Origin: Eledone cirrhosa
Taxonomy: Eukaryota
Assembly: GCA_964016885.1 (NCBI GenBank)
Contig: OZ024741.1
Location: forward strand, 219,914,001-219,978,000
Direction: 5' to 3'
DNA: 64,000 nt
Made by a program: the position numbers and the translations under genes. This document shows positions 1-14,030 of the stretch, piece after piece. The notes beneath the pieces were generated by a model, which was not told where the DNA came from, searched no databases, and was given only the letters and a program-made list of their open reading frames with translations. How positions within the stretch are numbered: the first letter of the stretch is position 1; each line of letters starts with the position of its first letter.

Positions 1-3000
1 TCTATAGAACGCCGAGGTGGAGTTTCCACCGATCGCATTGCCCGAATGGTCGAGGGCTGTGAGCGCCTGAAGACATTCCAGTCTCCAAGCGGTCCCTCTC
101 GGTCTTCGCTTGACCCAGGACTGCAGCTCCGTCAAGGAGACGAGCTGGGGAACACGCGTCTAGCAAACGGCGACCACACCTGATCATCGTCGAGGAAGAG
201 GTGGAGATGTCGAAGCATGAGCGCGTGTCTGCGCATCATCAGCCACGGCATGCCCAGCCCTCCACGTAGCTGGTGATGACAGCAGATGGACCGCCTGACC
301 ATCGGAGCGCGTCCCTTCCACAAAAAGCGAAAGAGCAAACGTTCCAGCGCAGTCAGGCGACGCTTAGGACAAGGCACGATGGTCAGGCGGTGGTAAATGA
401 CGGACGCGATGTACGCATTCGCCACCTCCGCTCAACCTTTCAGGGATAGCTTCCTCTCTGCCCATTTCTGTGTGAGAGGAGCCAACCTGCTCGTCACCTC
501 GTCCCAGATTTTGTCCCTATGGAGGTCTGGACCAAACCAGACACCTAGCAATTTAACCGGTCCATCCGTCCAGCGCCCGACGACGCTGCTGGACGGCATG
601 GACCTGCCTCTTCAGGTGCCGACCTGCAGGCTCACCGACTTTTCCTGGTTGATCATTGCTCCTGTCACCGCCTCGTATTCTCTTAGTGTAGTGCCGATCG
701 CCTCGATGTGTTTGGCGTTCGACACCACTACGATGACATCGTCTGCATATGCTGACACGGATCTTCCGCATCTCAGTTCGCGCGGTCCCCCTTCAACGTC
801 TCCAGTTTGTGCAGTAATGGCTCGAGACTCAATACGTACAACAGGGACGAGAGTGGACATCCTTGGCGGACCGAGCGCATGATGCTGAATGGTTCCGAAA
901 GGTGACCATTCACTCTCACCACAGAGCAGATATCACTGTGTATGGCAGTGATCCAGCCTCTGAAGACGGGCCCAAAGCCAGCCGCCCTCAGGACTGCCGC
1001 CAGATAACGAAGGTCGACCCTATCGAAAACTTTCGACTGATCTGAATTGATCAAGGACCCACCCGTGCCAGGTTCCCAAGCTACCCTCTCCACGATGTAT
1101 CGTATGAGGTGGAGGTTGTCGTGGATGGATCCGTGGGATGGCGCATGTCTGCGCCTCTCCCACCAGACCACCAACGCCAAGCGTCAACCTCTTTGCTAGC
1201 ACCTTGGCCAAAATCTTGAACTCTGTGTTTAGCAGAGTTATGGGCCTGAAATTATCTATGTTATCCTCCTTGTTCGGATCCTTTCTCAGCAGCACCACCG
1301 CTCCTCGGCTCACAGAGCTGAGAATTCTGCCGTTCTGTTGCCAGTCGCAGTAGACATCCGCCAAGAGGTCTCCGAACAAGTAGTGCATGTGTACGTAAAG
1401 TTCGTAGGCCAGCCCATCCAAACCATTTACGCGATTTACCTCTTGTGCAGCCAGTCATTGCCTCCCGTACTTCAGATCGTGGCTTTGTTCCCACGACGCG
1501 CCTCCGCCACTCGGGTCCATTGAACGGCTTTCGTCCCCTCGTGTCTGAGAGCACGCACCCTAGCTCTGACAACGCAGCCTTCGTGCTTTGCATTGAAGAA
1601 TTGGTCGAGGGCCAATTTCGCAGCAAGCACGTCAGTAGCGATGCCTTTACTAAGCGCCTCGACTAATTTTCTAACTAGTTCTCCCTCTGTTCTATTTTTC
1701 TCTATTGCTAACGCCTTACTAAACCTAATGGACTCTATTCTAATCGCCTTTTTCAGAGCAAACCACCATTTGTTGTTGACGATGCCCCCCGTCAACGCCC
1801 GCTTAACTAGCCCGTCAACTTCCGCTTAACTAGTTCTCTAATCCGGTCTCTGTAGGCTTTGCGCGCTGTTAACGACGCGTTAAGCTTCCAGTAGCGGGGT
1901 CCCTGTCTATGAAGCCTATCTAAGTCAACCTCACAATCACGAATTTGTGGTCCGTGTAGTCGACTATTTTGAACTGCGGACAGCCTGTGCTAGACCTATC
2001 TATTTCCCTACAAAATACCCTATCTAGATATGACCTGGATGACCCGATGTGGTTTGTCCATGTCCACATTGGCACATTCGGGAAATCCAGACGGTACCTA
2101 TCAGACAGTTGAAACCGTCTGAGCAGGTTGGCGAGGCTTTTACACCCTCCTCCCCTATCCGCTAATCCCACACAGTCCCAGCATGCATCTAAGATCCCGT
2201 TCCAGTCGCCCACTAACACTAAAGAGCGGGACGTTCCAAGAAAGGTCTCCAGACGCTGGAAGAAATCAGGCCGCCCTGCTATGTCGGGGCATAGACGGCC
2301 ACTAGCTTGAAAGCTTGCCCGTCTCCGCTGGTCACGTCCAGCACCACCAACTTACCTTCTGGGTCCAGGAAGATGGCCCGTATGGCGAGATCCAAGCCTC
2401 TCCGAAAAAGCACAGCAACTCCTCCCCCGATCTAGGACGGCTGGGATATGCGTATACATCGTAGCCGCCGAAGATCGGTGCGAAGGCTCGTGCTTCGGAG
2501 ATTCTGGTCTCGCTGCTGGCCACCACATCTATGTTTAGTGACCTGAGGTCACTGAGCAGGTGGCCCTGCTGCCATGACGACCCCAGACGACGCGCGTATA
2601 TGCTGCCTATTCTGAGTAAGGTCATGTTGAAATGGGGTGGAAATAGATGGGAAAGACCACTGACTTCACTTCTTGTGGGGGATGGATGGTTTTTCCGTCC
2701 TTCTCGCCGTCTGTAGCCCCCTCCGCAGGATGTCTTTATAAATCCTCCTGGAGAGTGTTTGTGTGGAAGTCTCCGATGTCCTTGAGAAATTTTAATTTTA
2801 GTGTCGTGTACGTTTTCTGTGTGATGCGAGTGATTTGTATGTATGGGGGTGGTGTGAATTTTTGGGGTGTTGTATAGTCTTTTTCTGTGATGCTGGTGTT
2901 GTGTTGGATGTAGTGTAATAATTGGTTGTTGTTCAAATTTAATGCTGTGTAGTGTGTATCGTTTTGGTTGCTTTGTTTGTTTGCATTTGTTGTGGGTTTG

Positions 3001-4919
3001 TTTCTATTTCGCTTGTTGGTGATTTTTGTGGTGTTCGTAATGGTGATGTTGGGGTTAATGATGGTGATGGTGTTGGTGTTTGTGGTGATGGGGCTGGTGA
3101 TGCTGGTGTGGGTGGTGATATAGCTGTCTTAACTTTTTTGTTAGTTTGTTTGTTTCGCCCTGCATTTTGTTTTTGGAGGGCGAAGGAAGAGAATTTTTTC
3201 ATATTTGGTTTCTTTTTTTTCTGTCTCCAGTTGCGATAGGTCGGGGAGTGGAAAATCCTCTACAGGCGTTGGTTTTGGCTGTGGCGTGGTGGATGGTTGA
3301 GGCGCTAATGCTAAGTCTTGCGCGGTGGGTGGTGGTGGTGTTGGTTTCTATACTGTTGCTGCTACAGTTGCTGGGGTTGTTGCTGCTACAGTTGTTGCTG
3401 CCATTTCTGCTGCTGGTTTTGATGGTTGAGTCACTGGGGGTGGGTAGGAGAGGTGGCCTCAACATTTTAGCATGAGGGAAAAAAGCCTTTAGGTGAGTTC
3501 CTTCGCCACAAACGACACACCTAGGCCTTCGACCCTCAACGATTACGGTGAGGTGGCTGCGGTCATTGAGGCCTATCACCTCTGGAATTTCCTGTATGTT
3601 TTTTTGGTCCGCTTGGATCAAGAGTTCCATCCCAGATCCAGACCAGTTCTCCTGTTTTACGTTTATCACCTCAATTACTTTAGTGTCGGTCTCGTTTGTC
3701 GGCGAGGACGGCAGCCATTAGCCAGGGAATTTCAATGGCCGGCAGAACCTGGGTCACCTTGATCCTCACCAGCCTCTGACCACAATAGTTTGGGACGAGT
3801 GCGAACTCGTCACTTTTTAATGCGGCCATGGAGTACTCTCTAGCTTCCTGTGGGGTTCCATATTTTTGCCCACGTCTGATGTGGGTTTTTTGAGCCCACA
3901 CATGTCCCAAAGATTTTTGTATCTGGGACTCGGATGCCCGTCCACTCGGCGCGTTTTAATATTTATATGGCACGGTGCATAGGCGTCGATACTCCATGGT
4001 ATTAGCTGGGGTGGGTGAGGCTGACCCTGTAACCATATTTTTTTACCATTCGCTTAGCTTCATTCAATTCTTCCCGGCTTACCTCCACCGTTTCATTTTT
4101 GTTTGCCGCTTTAGCAAACGACACACTTGGTTTTGCGCTGGTGTTGATGTTGTTGTTATTATTCTTATTGTTGCTGTTGTTGCTGTTGTTGTTATTGTTA
4201 TTTTTGTTATTATTATTTTTAGTTTCAGTTGTGGTGGTGGTCGTCGTAGTGGTGTCAGTGGCGTTCGGCGTGGAAGAGTCGACTTTCTGAGAATCCATTT
4301 CGATATCACGAGAAAATAGTTTATTTTTTGTTTCAGTTGTTGCTGTGATGGTGGTGGTATCTGTGGTATTAGTTGTTCTTTTTGACATTGAGGTGGTGGG
4401 GATGGCGGCTTTAACACCTGTAGGCGTTGGTAATGGCGGGATATCCATGTTTGTATGTGACAAATCTAAATAATTGCCATTGCTATTACTTATATTTTCA
4501 GTGTTGGCATTTTTTTCTGTTGTCTGTACTTTGGTTGTCTCTGTTATTGTTGGAGTTGGTGTAGTAATTTTTTAAAAAATAAGTGTTCTCAGTGTTGTCT
4601 TTGTTCACGTTGTTTGTGGTGGTGTTTGTTGTATCAATTTTTGTAAGCCTCCTATCAACTTTTACGCCGTTGTCACACGAAAGCAGAGATATTGCTGGGG
4701 GCGTGGCTCAGCCATGTTTTTTTAAACATTTTTTAAAGTAAAATGTTTAAATATTGTTAAAAAAATTGGGACAAAAGACCCAAATATTATACTTTCCCTT
4801 TCACAGGGCAAAGACCAATATCCCTTATATAACAAGAAAAATTAAACAACAAATAATTAGAACATGTAAATAAAGCGACTTACAGGGAGCGAGCAAAAAG
4901 GTGTCCGAACAGACCAAAA

Positions 4920-4920
<1 letters not shown>
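1..4920 (-). mobile_element. Tx1/L1-clade LINE, decayed; 5' end present, ORF2 cut by window edge
   Basis: ORF2 fragments: APE (2625 MTLLRIGSI..DVVASSETR; LVGDWNG; SYLDRVF; TDH) and RT (NFRPITLLNTEFKILAK, DQSKVFDRV, VRQGCPLS, AYADD). ORF1 fragments at 2736-4463 include a degenerate zinc knuckle CVVCGEGTH. The 5' end abuts (TAA)n. Confidence 0.9.

Positions 4921-4924
<4 letters not shown>

Positions 4925-4974
<50 letters not shown>
4925..4974. repeat. (TAA)n microsatellite at the junction of Tx1 and Dong elements
   Basis: Direct reading of the sequence. Confidence 0.95.
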
Positions 4975-4978
<4 letters not shown>

Positions 4979-7800
4979 CTATAAAGTAGGTGAACATGTT
5001 AAACAAACTAAACTTAGAAAATTGAAAAAAAAGTACAGTATAAGATCAACATGTGACATAGACATGCTGATAGAAACAATCAAGCAAAAAGTGTCGGCCA
5101 AAGCTGCTCGTATAAGGCGCTTTGAAAAACGATCTAGATTCTATAAGGACAATAATATGTTCAAAAACAACCAAAGAAACTTCTACAGAAAAATTGGTAA
5201 GTCAACAATAACTGCTAAATCAATACCACCCAAGGAGGAAGTGCAAGAATTCTGGGAAAAGATCTGGGCCGAAGAAAAAGTTCATAACATACATGCCCCA
5301 TGGAGAGACAGACAAATGAAAGAAACAGCTCACCTTGAAGAACAAACATGGGAAAATATAACAGTTGAACAGCTGCGCTTGGCTCTAAGAAAAACCAGCA
5401 AATGGAAATCCCCAGGAAAAGACAAAATACAAAACTTTTGGATAAATGCCTTCACAGAGTCTCATGAGCTGTTAGCCCAACTTTACAATGAAATAGTTAA
5501 GGAGCCAGAAAAGATACCATCATGGCTAGTTAACGGCATTACATTCCTACTACCGAAGAATGATGAGACAAACAATCCCAAAAATTACAGACCGATAACC
5601 TGCTTGACCACAATGTATAAAATTTTAACATCAGTCCTAACTGAATACACATATGACCACCTGATAACAAATGACCTATTTCCCATTGAGCAGAAAGGGT
5701 GTAAACGAGGCTCATATGGCTGTAAGGATCAGCTTCTGGTTAACAAAATGATACTGGAAGATTGTCATAATAGACACAAAAATCTATCGATTGCTTGGAT
5801 AGATTATAAAAAAGCATTCGATAGTTTGCCACACAGTTGGATTGAAAAATGTTTAGAGATTTTCAAAATATCCCCCGTTGTCAGGAGGTTTTTGTCATTC
5901 AGTATGAGGACATGGAGAACGACACTCCTTTTGAATAGTGAAACAAAATCACTGGAAGCTGGAGAAGTTAACATTAATTGTGGAATTTTTCAGGGTGACT
6001 CTTTATCACCGCTTTTATTCTGCATCGCGCTTATACCATTAAGTAAAATGCTCAATGAAACAAAACATGGATATAGAGTCTATGACAAAACCATTAATCA
6101 CCTGTTCTACATGGATGACCTGAAACTATTTGCAAAAAATGATGAACAATTGCAAGGGCTATTATCCACTGTGAAGCAGTTCAGTGATGACATTAAAATG
6201 GAGTTTGGACTGGATAAATGCGCCAAAGCAACGTTCACCAGAGGAAAGCTGCTGAAGAGTTCAGACATTAATCTTGATCGGGGGAACGTGATAAGAGAGC
6301 TTGATCAAGAAAAAACTTACAAATATCTAGGTGTTTGTGATGGAGACGGAATCAAGCACTCGACAATGAGGGAAAGGATAAGGAAGGAATGTTACCGCAG
6401 AGTCAGAGCAATCTTAAGAACGGAATTGAATGCAAGGAATAGGATCGATGCCATAAACACGCTTGCCATACCAGTAGTAACCTACAGTTACAATGTCATC
6501 AACTGGTCAAGCACAGAGATCCGTAGGCTCGATACAAAAATCCGAAAATTCTTAACCATGCACAGAATGCATCACCCTAAGGCAGACATAGATAGAATAT
6601 ATCTCCCTAGGAAAGAAGGAGGACGTGGGTTAATCCAGTTAGACATTGCGTTGAAAACTGCAACAATTGGATTATCCACATATCTAAGGGAATCACATGA
6701 TTGGATGATCAAACTCGTTTTGAAACACGAAAGCATCAAAAGATCATATTCCATTACAAAAGATGCACAAAGATACAGTAATGGACTACAAATTTCAGAA
6801 GTCCCATTTACTGCTGAAATGAAAAACACAGAAAAAGCAAAGCAGGTAAAAGTAACTGCAAAGAAAGAACTGCTACAGAAACTGGCTAAGAAATGGCAAG
6901 AAAAGCCTCTGTATGGAAAATACCCAGAGCGAGCTAACAATCCTGATGTTGACAAAACTTTAACCCATCAGTGGTTGGCATCCTCTGGACTGAAATCGGA
7001 GACTGAAGGACTGATTATATCGGCACAAGATCAGTGTCTGCCAACAAAAAATTACCAAGCCAACATAATAAAAAATGGGTGCAGCCCATTATGCCGTGTA
7101 TGCAAAAAACAACCAGAGACCATTGACCATATAATTTCAATGTGCAGTCCTATAGCTCCAACCGAATACCTAAACAGGTCATGAAAGAGCTGCACAATAC
7201 ATACATTGGATAATGTGTAAGCATTTTGACCTGCCCCATCAAAAGAATTGGTGGGAGCATCAACCACCTCCCATACTTGAAAAAGATCACATCTCAATCT
7301 TGTGGAACTTTAGCATCCAAACAGACCGAAAAATAGATGCAAATAGACCTGATATAATATTGAAGGAATTTCAAAGGAGGGTATGCCTGCTAATTGATAT
7401 GTCTGTTCCAATAGACAAGAATGTATCTATAAAAACATTTGAAAAATTGAGCAAGTATAAGGACCTGGAGATAGAAATTGGAAAAATGTGGAAATTGAGA
7501 ACTAAAACAATACCAGTGGTTGTAGGCGCTCTGGGAATGATACCTAAGGGGTCTAACGACTACTTATCGCAAATCCCAGGAAACCCGCGTATAGGAGAAA
7601 TACAAAAGATAGTACTAATGGGAACTGCCCATATACTAAGGAAGATCCTGTCAATATAAGTACATCACAAGTCTAAACACTAAAGATGCATGTGTGAATA
7701 TGTATGTTCTTTCTTGAACATGGCGGACCTTGTTGTCTCTTGAGGTCACTGGCTGTGACTTGGTGATAACTCGTATAAACATAAAGCAAGATAAATGCAA
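4975..7800 (+). mobile_element. R4/Dong-clade non-LTR retrotransposon, 5'-truncated, one frameshift near 7180
   Basis: 720-aa ORF 5022-7184 with RT motifs (NYRPITCL, WIDYKKAFDS, GIFQGDSLSP, YMDD) and a CCHC knuckle CRVC..ETIDHIISMC. ORF 7213-7659 has the RLE endonuclease motif RPD..D. Flanked by (TAA)n on both sides. Confidence 0.92.
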
Positions 7801-7819
7801 ATAATAATAATAATAATAA

Positions 7820-9064
7820 AAAATGAAGGAATTGATAAGAACTGAATACATTCGGAGAGTAAGGAGCGTATTAAAGTCACATCTGAACAGTAGGAATGCC
7901 ATAAGTGCAGTAAATTCCCGAGCTGTGTCTATTATTATGTACAGTGCGGGAATTCTGAGATGGAATGTTGCTGAGGAAAAAGAAATGGATAGGATGACTA
8001 GGAAGCTATTGACTATCTACAACATGTTCCACAAGAGGAGTGATGTCGATAGACTCTACTTAAGGAGATCTGAAGGTGGAAGAGGTCTTATCAGCATAGA
8101 GGACTGTGTTCAGATGGAGAAAAACAACCTACACAAATACGTGACTGATAGTAAGGAGCCAATGCTCAGAACTGTACTGAAGGAGGGGAGAATAGGCCAG
8201 GGGATGTCTAAGGAGGAAATAACATCAAGGAGAAAGAGCAGCCTTCATGAAAAATCCCTTCATAGTACCTTCTTTAGAGACCCACAGACATGGAACTAGT
8301 TGAAAAGAGGAGACCTTAAAAAGGCTACAGAAGGAATGTTAATGGCTGCGCAGGAGCAGGCCCTCAAAACGAAGTGGTTGAAACACCATATTTACAAGGA
8401 GGAGGCTAGCCCACTGTGCAGGATCTGTGGAGAGAGAGAGGAGACTGTGGCTCACATTGTATCCGAGTGTAAACACCTAGCCCAGACTCACTATAAGGGC
8501 TGGAGACATGATGTGATGGGCAGAGTGATCCACTGGCACCTATGCAAAGTAAACAATTTACCACATTCTGAGAAGTGGTATGAGCATAAGCCAGAGGCGG
8601 TGATAAAAAACGATCAGGTGAAGGTGCTGTGGGATTTTAGGATACAGACGGACAAGAAACTGGAACACAATAGACCTGACCTGGTGGTTGTGGACAAAGA
8701 AAAATGATCGTGCCTGATTGTGGATGTGGCCTGCCCATTCGACACGAGAGTGCAAGAGAAGGAGAGGGAGAAAATTAACCGATACCAGGACTTAAAGTGG
8801 GAGGTAAAAAGGATTTGGAACTGCCATGAAGTCAAAGTGATCCCGATTGTCATAGGCACACTAGCGACTATCTCAAAAAGTTTCCAGGGATGGTTAAAGA
8901 AAATTGGCCCCTTCACGCTTTTTGGAACGCTTCAAAAGTCATGCTTGCTGGGAACAGCAAGAACCCTCCGATACGTCCTGAATCTCATAGGCTGCAGGTA
9001 GTGGCTTGATATTCATTTCAACAAACTTTCCAGTTAACTAACATCAATGACTGAGACTCAAAGA
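7820..9064 (+). mobile_element. R4/Dong-clade element 3' fragment (second family)
   Basis: RLYLRRSEGGRGL, CRICGEREETVAHIVSEC and NRPDLVV..DVACP motifs with in-frame stops; (TAA)n on both sides. Confidence 0.9.
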
Positions 9065-9085
9065 GTAATAACAATAATAATAATA

Positions 9086-9268
9086 ATAACTGTTTCTACG
9101 TTAGGCACAAGGCCAGCAATTACCCAGTGTATTACTGGTACTTTATTTTATCGACCCCGTAAGGATGAAAGGCAAAGTTAACCTCGGCGGGATTTGAACT
9201 CAGAATGACAAGGGCCGTAACTCTATGCGCCAAAGCATGGCATCCGACACTCTACCAATACTGCCAAA
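9086..9268 (-). mobile_element. tRNA-derived SINE, dominant family, inserted in (TAA)n
   Basis: Box B GAGTTCAAATCCCGCCGAGG, core CTTTGCCTTTCATCCTTACGGGGTCGATAAA, tail GGCCTTGTGCC..AGAAAC. Confidence 0.85.
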
Positions 9269-9285
9269 TAATAATAATAATAATA

Positions 9286-10396
9286 ATGTTGCTGAACAAA
9301 AAGAAATGGATAGGAAGACTAGGAAGCTATTGACTATCTACAACATGTTCCACAAGTGGAGTGATGTCGATAGACTCTACTTAAGGAGATCTGAAGGTGG
9401 AAGAGGTCTTATCAGCATAGAGGACTGTGTTAAGATGGTGAAAAACAACCTACACAAATACGTGACTGATAGTAAGGAGCCAATGCTCAGAATTGTACTG
9501 AAGGAGAGGACACTAGACCAGGGGATGTCCAAGGAGGAAATAACAACAAGGAGAAAGAGCAGCCTTCATGAAAAATCCCTTCATACTACCTTCTTTGAGA
9601 AAACTGAATTCAGAGATCCACAGACATGGAACTGGTTGAAAAGAGGAGACCTTTAAAAGGCTACAGAAGGAATGCTAATCGCTGCGCAAGAGCAGGCCCC
9701 CAAAACGAAGTGGTTGAAACACCATATTTACAAGTAGGAGGCTAGCCCACTGTGCAGGATCTGTGGAGAGAGGAGACTGTGGCTCACATTGTATCCGAGT
9801 GTAAACACCTAGCCCAAACTCAATATAAAGGCTGGAGACATGATGTGATGGGCAGGGTGATCCACTGGCACCTATGCAAAGTAAACAATTTACCACATTC
9901 TGAGAAGTGGTATGAGCATAAGCCAGAGTCGGTGATAGAAAACGATCAGGTGAAGGTGCTGTGGGATTTTCGGATACAGACGGACAAGAAACTGGAACAC
10001 AATAGACCTGACCTAGTGGTTTTGGACAAGGAAAAAAGATCGTGTCTGATTGTGGATGTGGCCTGCCCATTCGACACGAGAGTGCAAGAGAAGGAGAGGG
10101 AGAAAATTAACCGATACCAGGACTTAAAGTGGGATGTAAAAAGGGTTTGAAACTGCCATGAATTCAAAGTGGTCCCGATTGTCATAGGCGCACTAGGTAC
10201 TATCTCAAAAAGTTTCCAGGGATGGTTAAAGAAAATTGGCCCCGTCACGCTTTTTGGAACGCTTCAAAAGGCATGCTTGCTGGGACAGCAAGAACCCTCC
10301 GATACGTCCTGAATATCTGAGGCTACATGTAGTGACTTGATATTCATTTCAACAAACTTTCCAGTTAACTAACATCAATGACTGAGACTCAAAGAA
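9286..10396 (+). mobile_element. R4/Dong-clade 3' fragment, close paralog of 7820-9064
   Basis: Near-identical to about 7965-9064; same 3' end GACTGAGACTCAAAGA followed by (TAA)n. Confidence 0.9.
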
Positions 10397-10420
10397 CAAT
10401 AATAATAATAATAATAATAA

Positions 10421-13400
10421 TGATGTTTTCTTTATTGGCCACAAGGGCTAACATGAAGAAAAACATTACAGATGGCACAGAAGGGTACAGGACGATACAA
10501 AGTAGGTTTTGGCCGTGTAAAAAGGTTATAACAAGAAGATAGAAATGTGTAAAAACAAATAAAATTAAAATAAAAATAAAAATAAAAATAAAAATAAAAA
10601 TAAAAATAAAAATAAAAATAAAAATAAAAATAAAAATAAAAATAAAAATAAAAATAAAAATAAAAATAAAAATAAAAATAAAAATAAAAATAAAAATAAA
10701 AATAAAATTAAAAATAAAAATAAAAATAAAAATTAAAATTAAAATTAAAATTAAAATTTAAAAAAAATTCAAAAAAAAGGGGAAACCTCCGAGGATCACT
10801 CGTGGGGAAACCACACAAAAGGCCACGGCCACCCTGACTACCAGTGCAAGCATCCTCTCTCAGTTCTCTCACTTCTCAGTCTACAGGCGCATACTCAGAA
10901 CGGGCCCGTTCACTCGAACCAGACTCGCCACTTTCACCCACCTTTCAACAAACTTACTAGAAGACAGCACTTACCTCTCCACCCTGATTTTCCTCTTAAG
11001 TGAAACTTGAAAAAGTTAATTAGGGATTCGCTGAAGAGGAAAGAGTCTGTCTTTAACCCTTTCAACCTTGTCCACCACACAATCTCTTTCGCCATGGCCA
11101 CCAGCCAGATGAAAACCGCCTGCTTTCCTCCTCCTTAAAGGAGGACGGCGGGGCTATCTGCACAATGAACTCAGTCGATAACGGGATCCGTCCTCCACGT
11201 GACAGCAAATGTTCGACATAGCTCCACAAGTCAGCAATGCTCGGACACTGAACGAGTGCGTGCACAACAGTTTCGTCGCCCTGTGTACATCTCGGACAGG
11301 TTCGGCTGACGGTTCTTCCGTGCCTGTAGAGCTTATCTCGAACCGGCAACGCTCTTCGGTAGCACTGCCAGGCCAGGGATCTCTGGAAGTTATTCATAGG
11401 CCCCGGTCTGAAAGTTCTCTTGAAGAGGGCGAACAGCTGATCGTCTTCGATGCCCAGGGTCTCTCCGAGAACATCGTCACTCTTCCCTTCCACTAGTCAT
11501 CTATAGATCACTGAGGTGGATGTTCCACCGATACTAGTGCCCAGCTGGTAGAAGGCTATGAGGCTTGGAGACATTCCAGCTGCCAAGCGCTATCCCTAGG
11601 TCTTTTCCTGATCCAAGACTGCAGATCCGTTGATGAGACGAGCTGGGGAAAAGCACGTCTGGCAAACGGTGACCACACCTGTTGACCGTCAAGGAAGCAC
11701 CAGATATGTCGCAGCCTTAGGGTATGTTTGCGCATCATCAGCCACGGCATGCCCAGACCTCCCGGCATGCCCAGACCTCCACCAATGGGTGTTGACAGCA
11801 GATGGATCGTCTGACCATAGGAGAACGTCCCTTCCATAAAAAGCGGAAGAGGAGGCGCTCCATTTTTGTCAGAATTGGGCGGGAGCAAGGTACAACGGTC
11901 AGGCGGTAGCAGATGACGGATGTGATGAATACATTCGTCACCTCTGTCTAACCTTTCAGGGATAGCTTCCTCTCGTCACATTTCTGGGTGCGAGAGGCCA
12001 ACCTGCTCGTCACATCGCTTCAGTTTTTCTCCATCTGGAGGTCCGGACCGAACCAGACACCGAGCAATTTAACCGGTCCTTCCGTCCAGCGCCCCACAAC
12101 GCTGTCGGGTGGCATGGACTTGCCTCTTCAGGTGCCGAGCTGCAAGCCCACCGACCTTTCCTGGTTTAACTTTGCTCCTGTCACTGTTTCATATTCCTTG
12201 AGAGCAAAGCCGAGCATTTGGACATATCCAATGCTTGACACCACCAGGGTGACGTCATCGGATCTCCCACATCCCAGTTCGCGTGGGACGCCTCTCGTCG
12301 CCTCCAATTTGTGCAGTAACGGCTCTAGGGCAAATACGTACAAGAGTGACAAGAGGGGACAACCCTGACGGACCGAGCGCATGATGCTGAACGGCTGCGA
12401 CAGATGACCGTTCACCTTCACAACTGGACAGATGTCGCTGTGAATTGCAGTAATCCAACCCCCGAAAATGGGCCCGAAACCGGCCGCCTCGAGGACCGCC
12501 GCCAGGTACCGATGGTCGACACTATCAAATGCCTTAGATTGATCCAACTTGATCAGGGCCCCACCAGTGCCAGGTTCCTTAACTAATTCGCTTATCCGGT
12601 CTCTGTAAGCTTTGCGTGACGGGAATGACGCGTTCAGCTTCCAGTAACCGGGTCCTTACCTATGAAATCTATCTAAGTCAACTTCACAGATCACAAATTT
12701 GTGGTCCATGTAGTCGACTACTTTAAATTGTGGACAACCTACGCTAGCCGTATCTGTTTCCCTACAGAATACCCTATCTAGATACGATCTGGATGCCCCG
12801 ATGCGTTTTGCCCATGTCCACATTGGCACATTCGGATAATCCAGTCGATACCTGTCAGACAGTTGAAAATATCTGAGCAGGTTGGTGAGACTTTTACATC
12901 GTCCTCTCTTATTTACTAGCCTCAGTGTGCATCTAGTCACCCCTAACACTAAAGAGTGGGACGTTCCCAGAAAGGTCTCAAGACGTCTGAAGAAATCTGG
13001 CCGTCCTGCCCCTGTTGGGCCGTAGACGGCTACTAGCCTGAAAGCATTGCCTTCACTGCCTGTCACGTCCAGTACCACCGACTTACCTTCTAGGTCCAGG
13101 AAGATGGCCCGTATGGCGAGATCCAAGCCTTTCCGAAAAGACACAGCAACTCCGCCGCCCGCCCCCGGACGGCTGGGAGATGCGTATACATCGTAGCCGC
13201 CGAAGATCGGGGCGAAGTCTCGTGCCTCGGAGATTCTGGTCTCGCTGATGGCCACCACATCTATGTTTAGTGACCTGAGATCGTTAAGCAGGTGGCCCTG
13301 CTTCTAAGATGACACCAGGCCACGTACATTTATACTGCCTATTCTAAGTAAGGCCATGTTGGGAGAGGAATGGAGTAAATGAGAAAGGATCACCTACCCT

Positions 13401-14030
13401 GATCGTGTGGGAAAGGGACAGTTGAACCGTCCATGTGGCTGGTCATGGGTATCTCCAAGATGATGTCGCTGTATATCTTCTTGGTAACTGACCCTCTGAA
13501 ATCTCCAACCACATTGGGGAATTTTTCTTTTAAATGTTTATAATGTTCTATTTTAATTTCAATAATGTTTATATTTTTCGGGAATGTTCTTGGTGTTGGT
13601 GGGGTATAGTAATTTTATTCTGTAATGTCTGTGTGCTGCTTTATATGTTCTAAGAGTTCTTTATTTGCCATGTTTATGGCTATGTAATGTTTTTTTCTTT
13701 TTTTTTGTTGTGTGTGTGAGTGTGTGTGTGTGGGGGGGGGTGCTGTTTTCCTTTTGCTGCTATTGGGTATGTTTGCCTTGTTGTGTTTGCGATGTTGGTG
13801 TCTGTGGTGATGTTGGTGGTGGTGTGGTTGTTGTTAGTGGTGATGGTGGTGGCGTTGCTGCGAGTCGCCTTGCAGCCTTTACTCCTCTTTGTTTGCCCTC
13901 ACTTTTGGAAGGTGAAACTAAGGAGTTCTTAGTTTCACCTTCGTATTTTTTTTTTGTCACTTTACTGCTATCACCCTTTCCCTCTCCTTCACCTCTTGCC
14001 TTCCTCAACTCCCACTGCTGGTCACTCAAT
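10421..14030 (-). mobile_element. Tx1/L1-clade LINE, second copy; intact 3' end, internal deletion near 12580
   Basis: APE 12656-13258, RT 12128-12547, C-terminal TCPRC..ETVVHALVQCP. The T-rich 3' UTR ends in AATAAAGAAAACATC followed by (ATT)n. Confidence 0.88.
10560..10760. repeat. (AAAAT/AAAAAT)n tract inside the Tx1 3' UTR
   Basis: Direct reading of the sequence. Confidence 0.95.
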
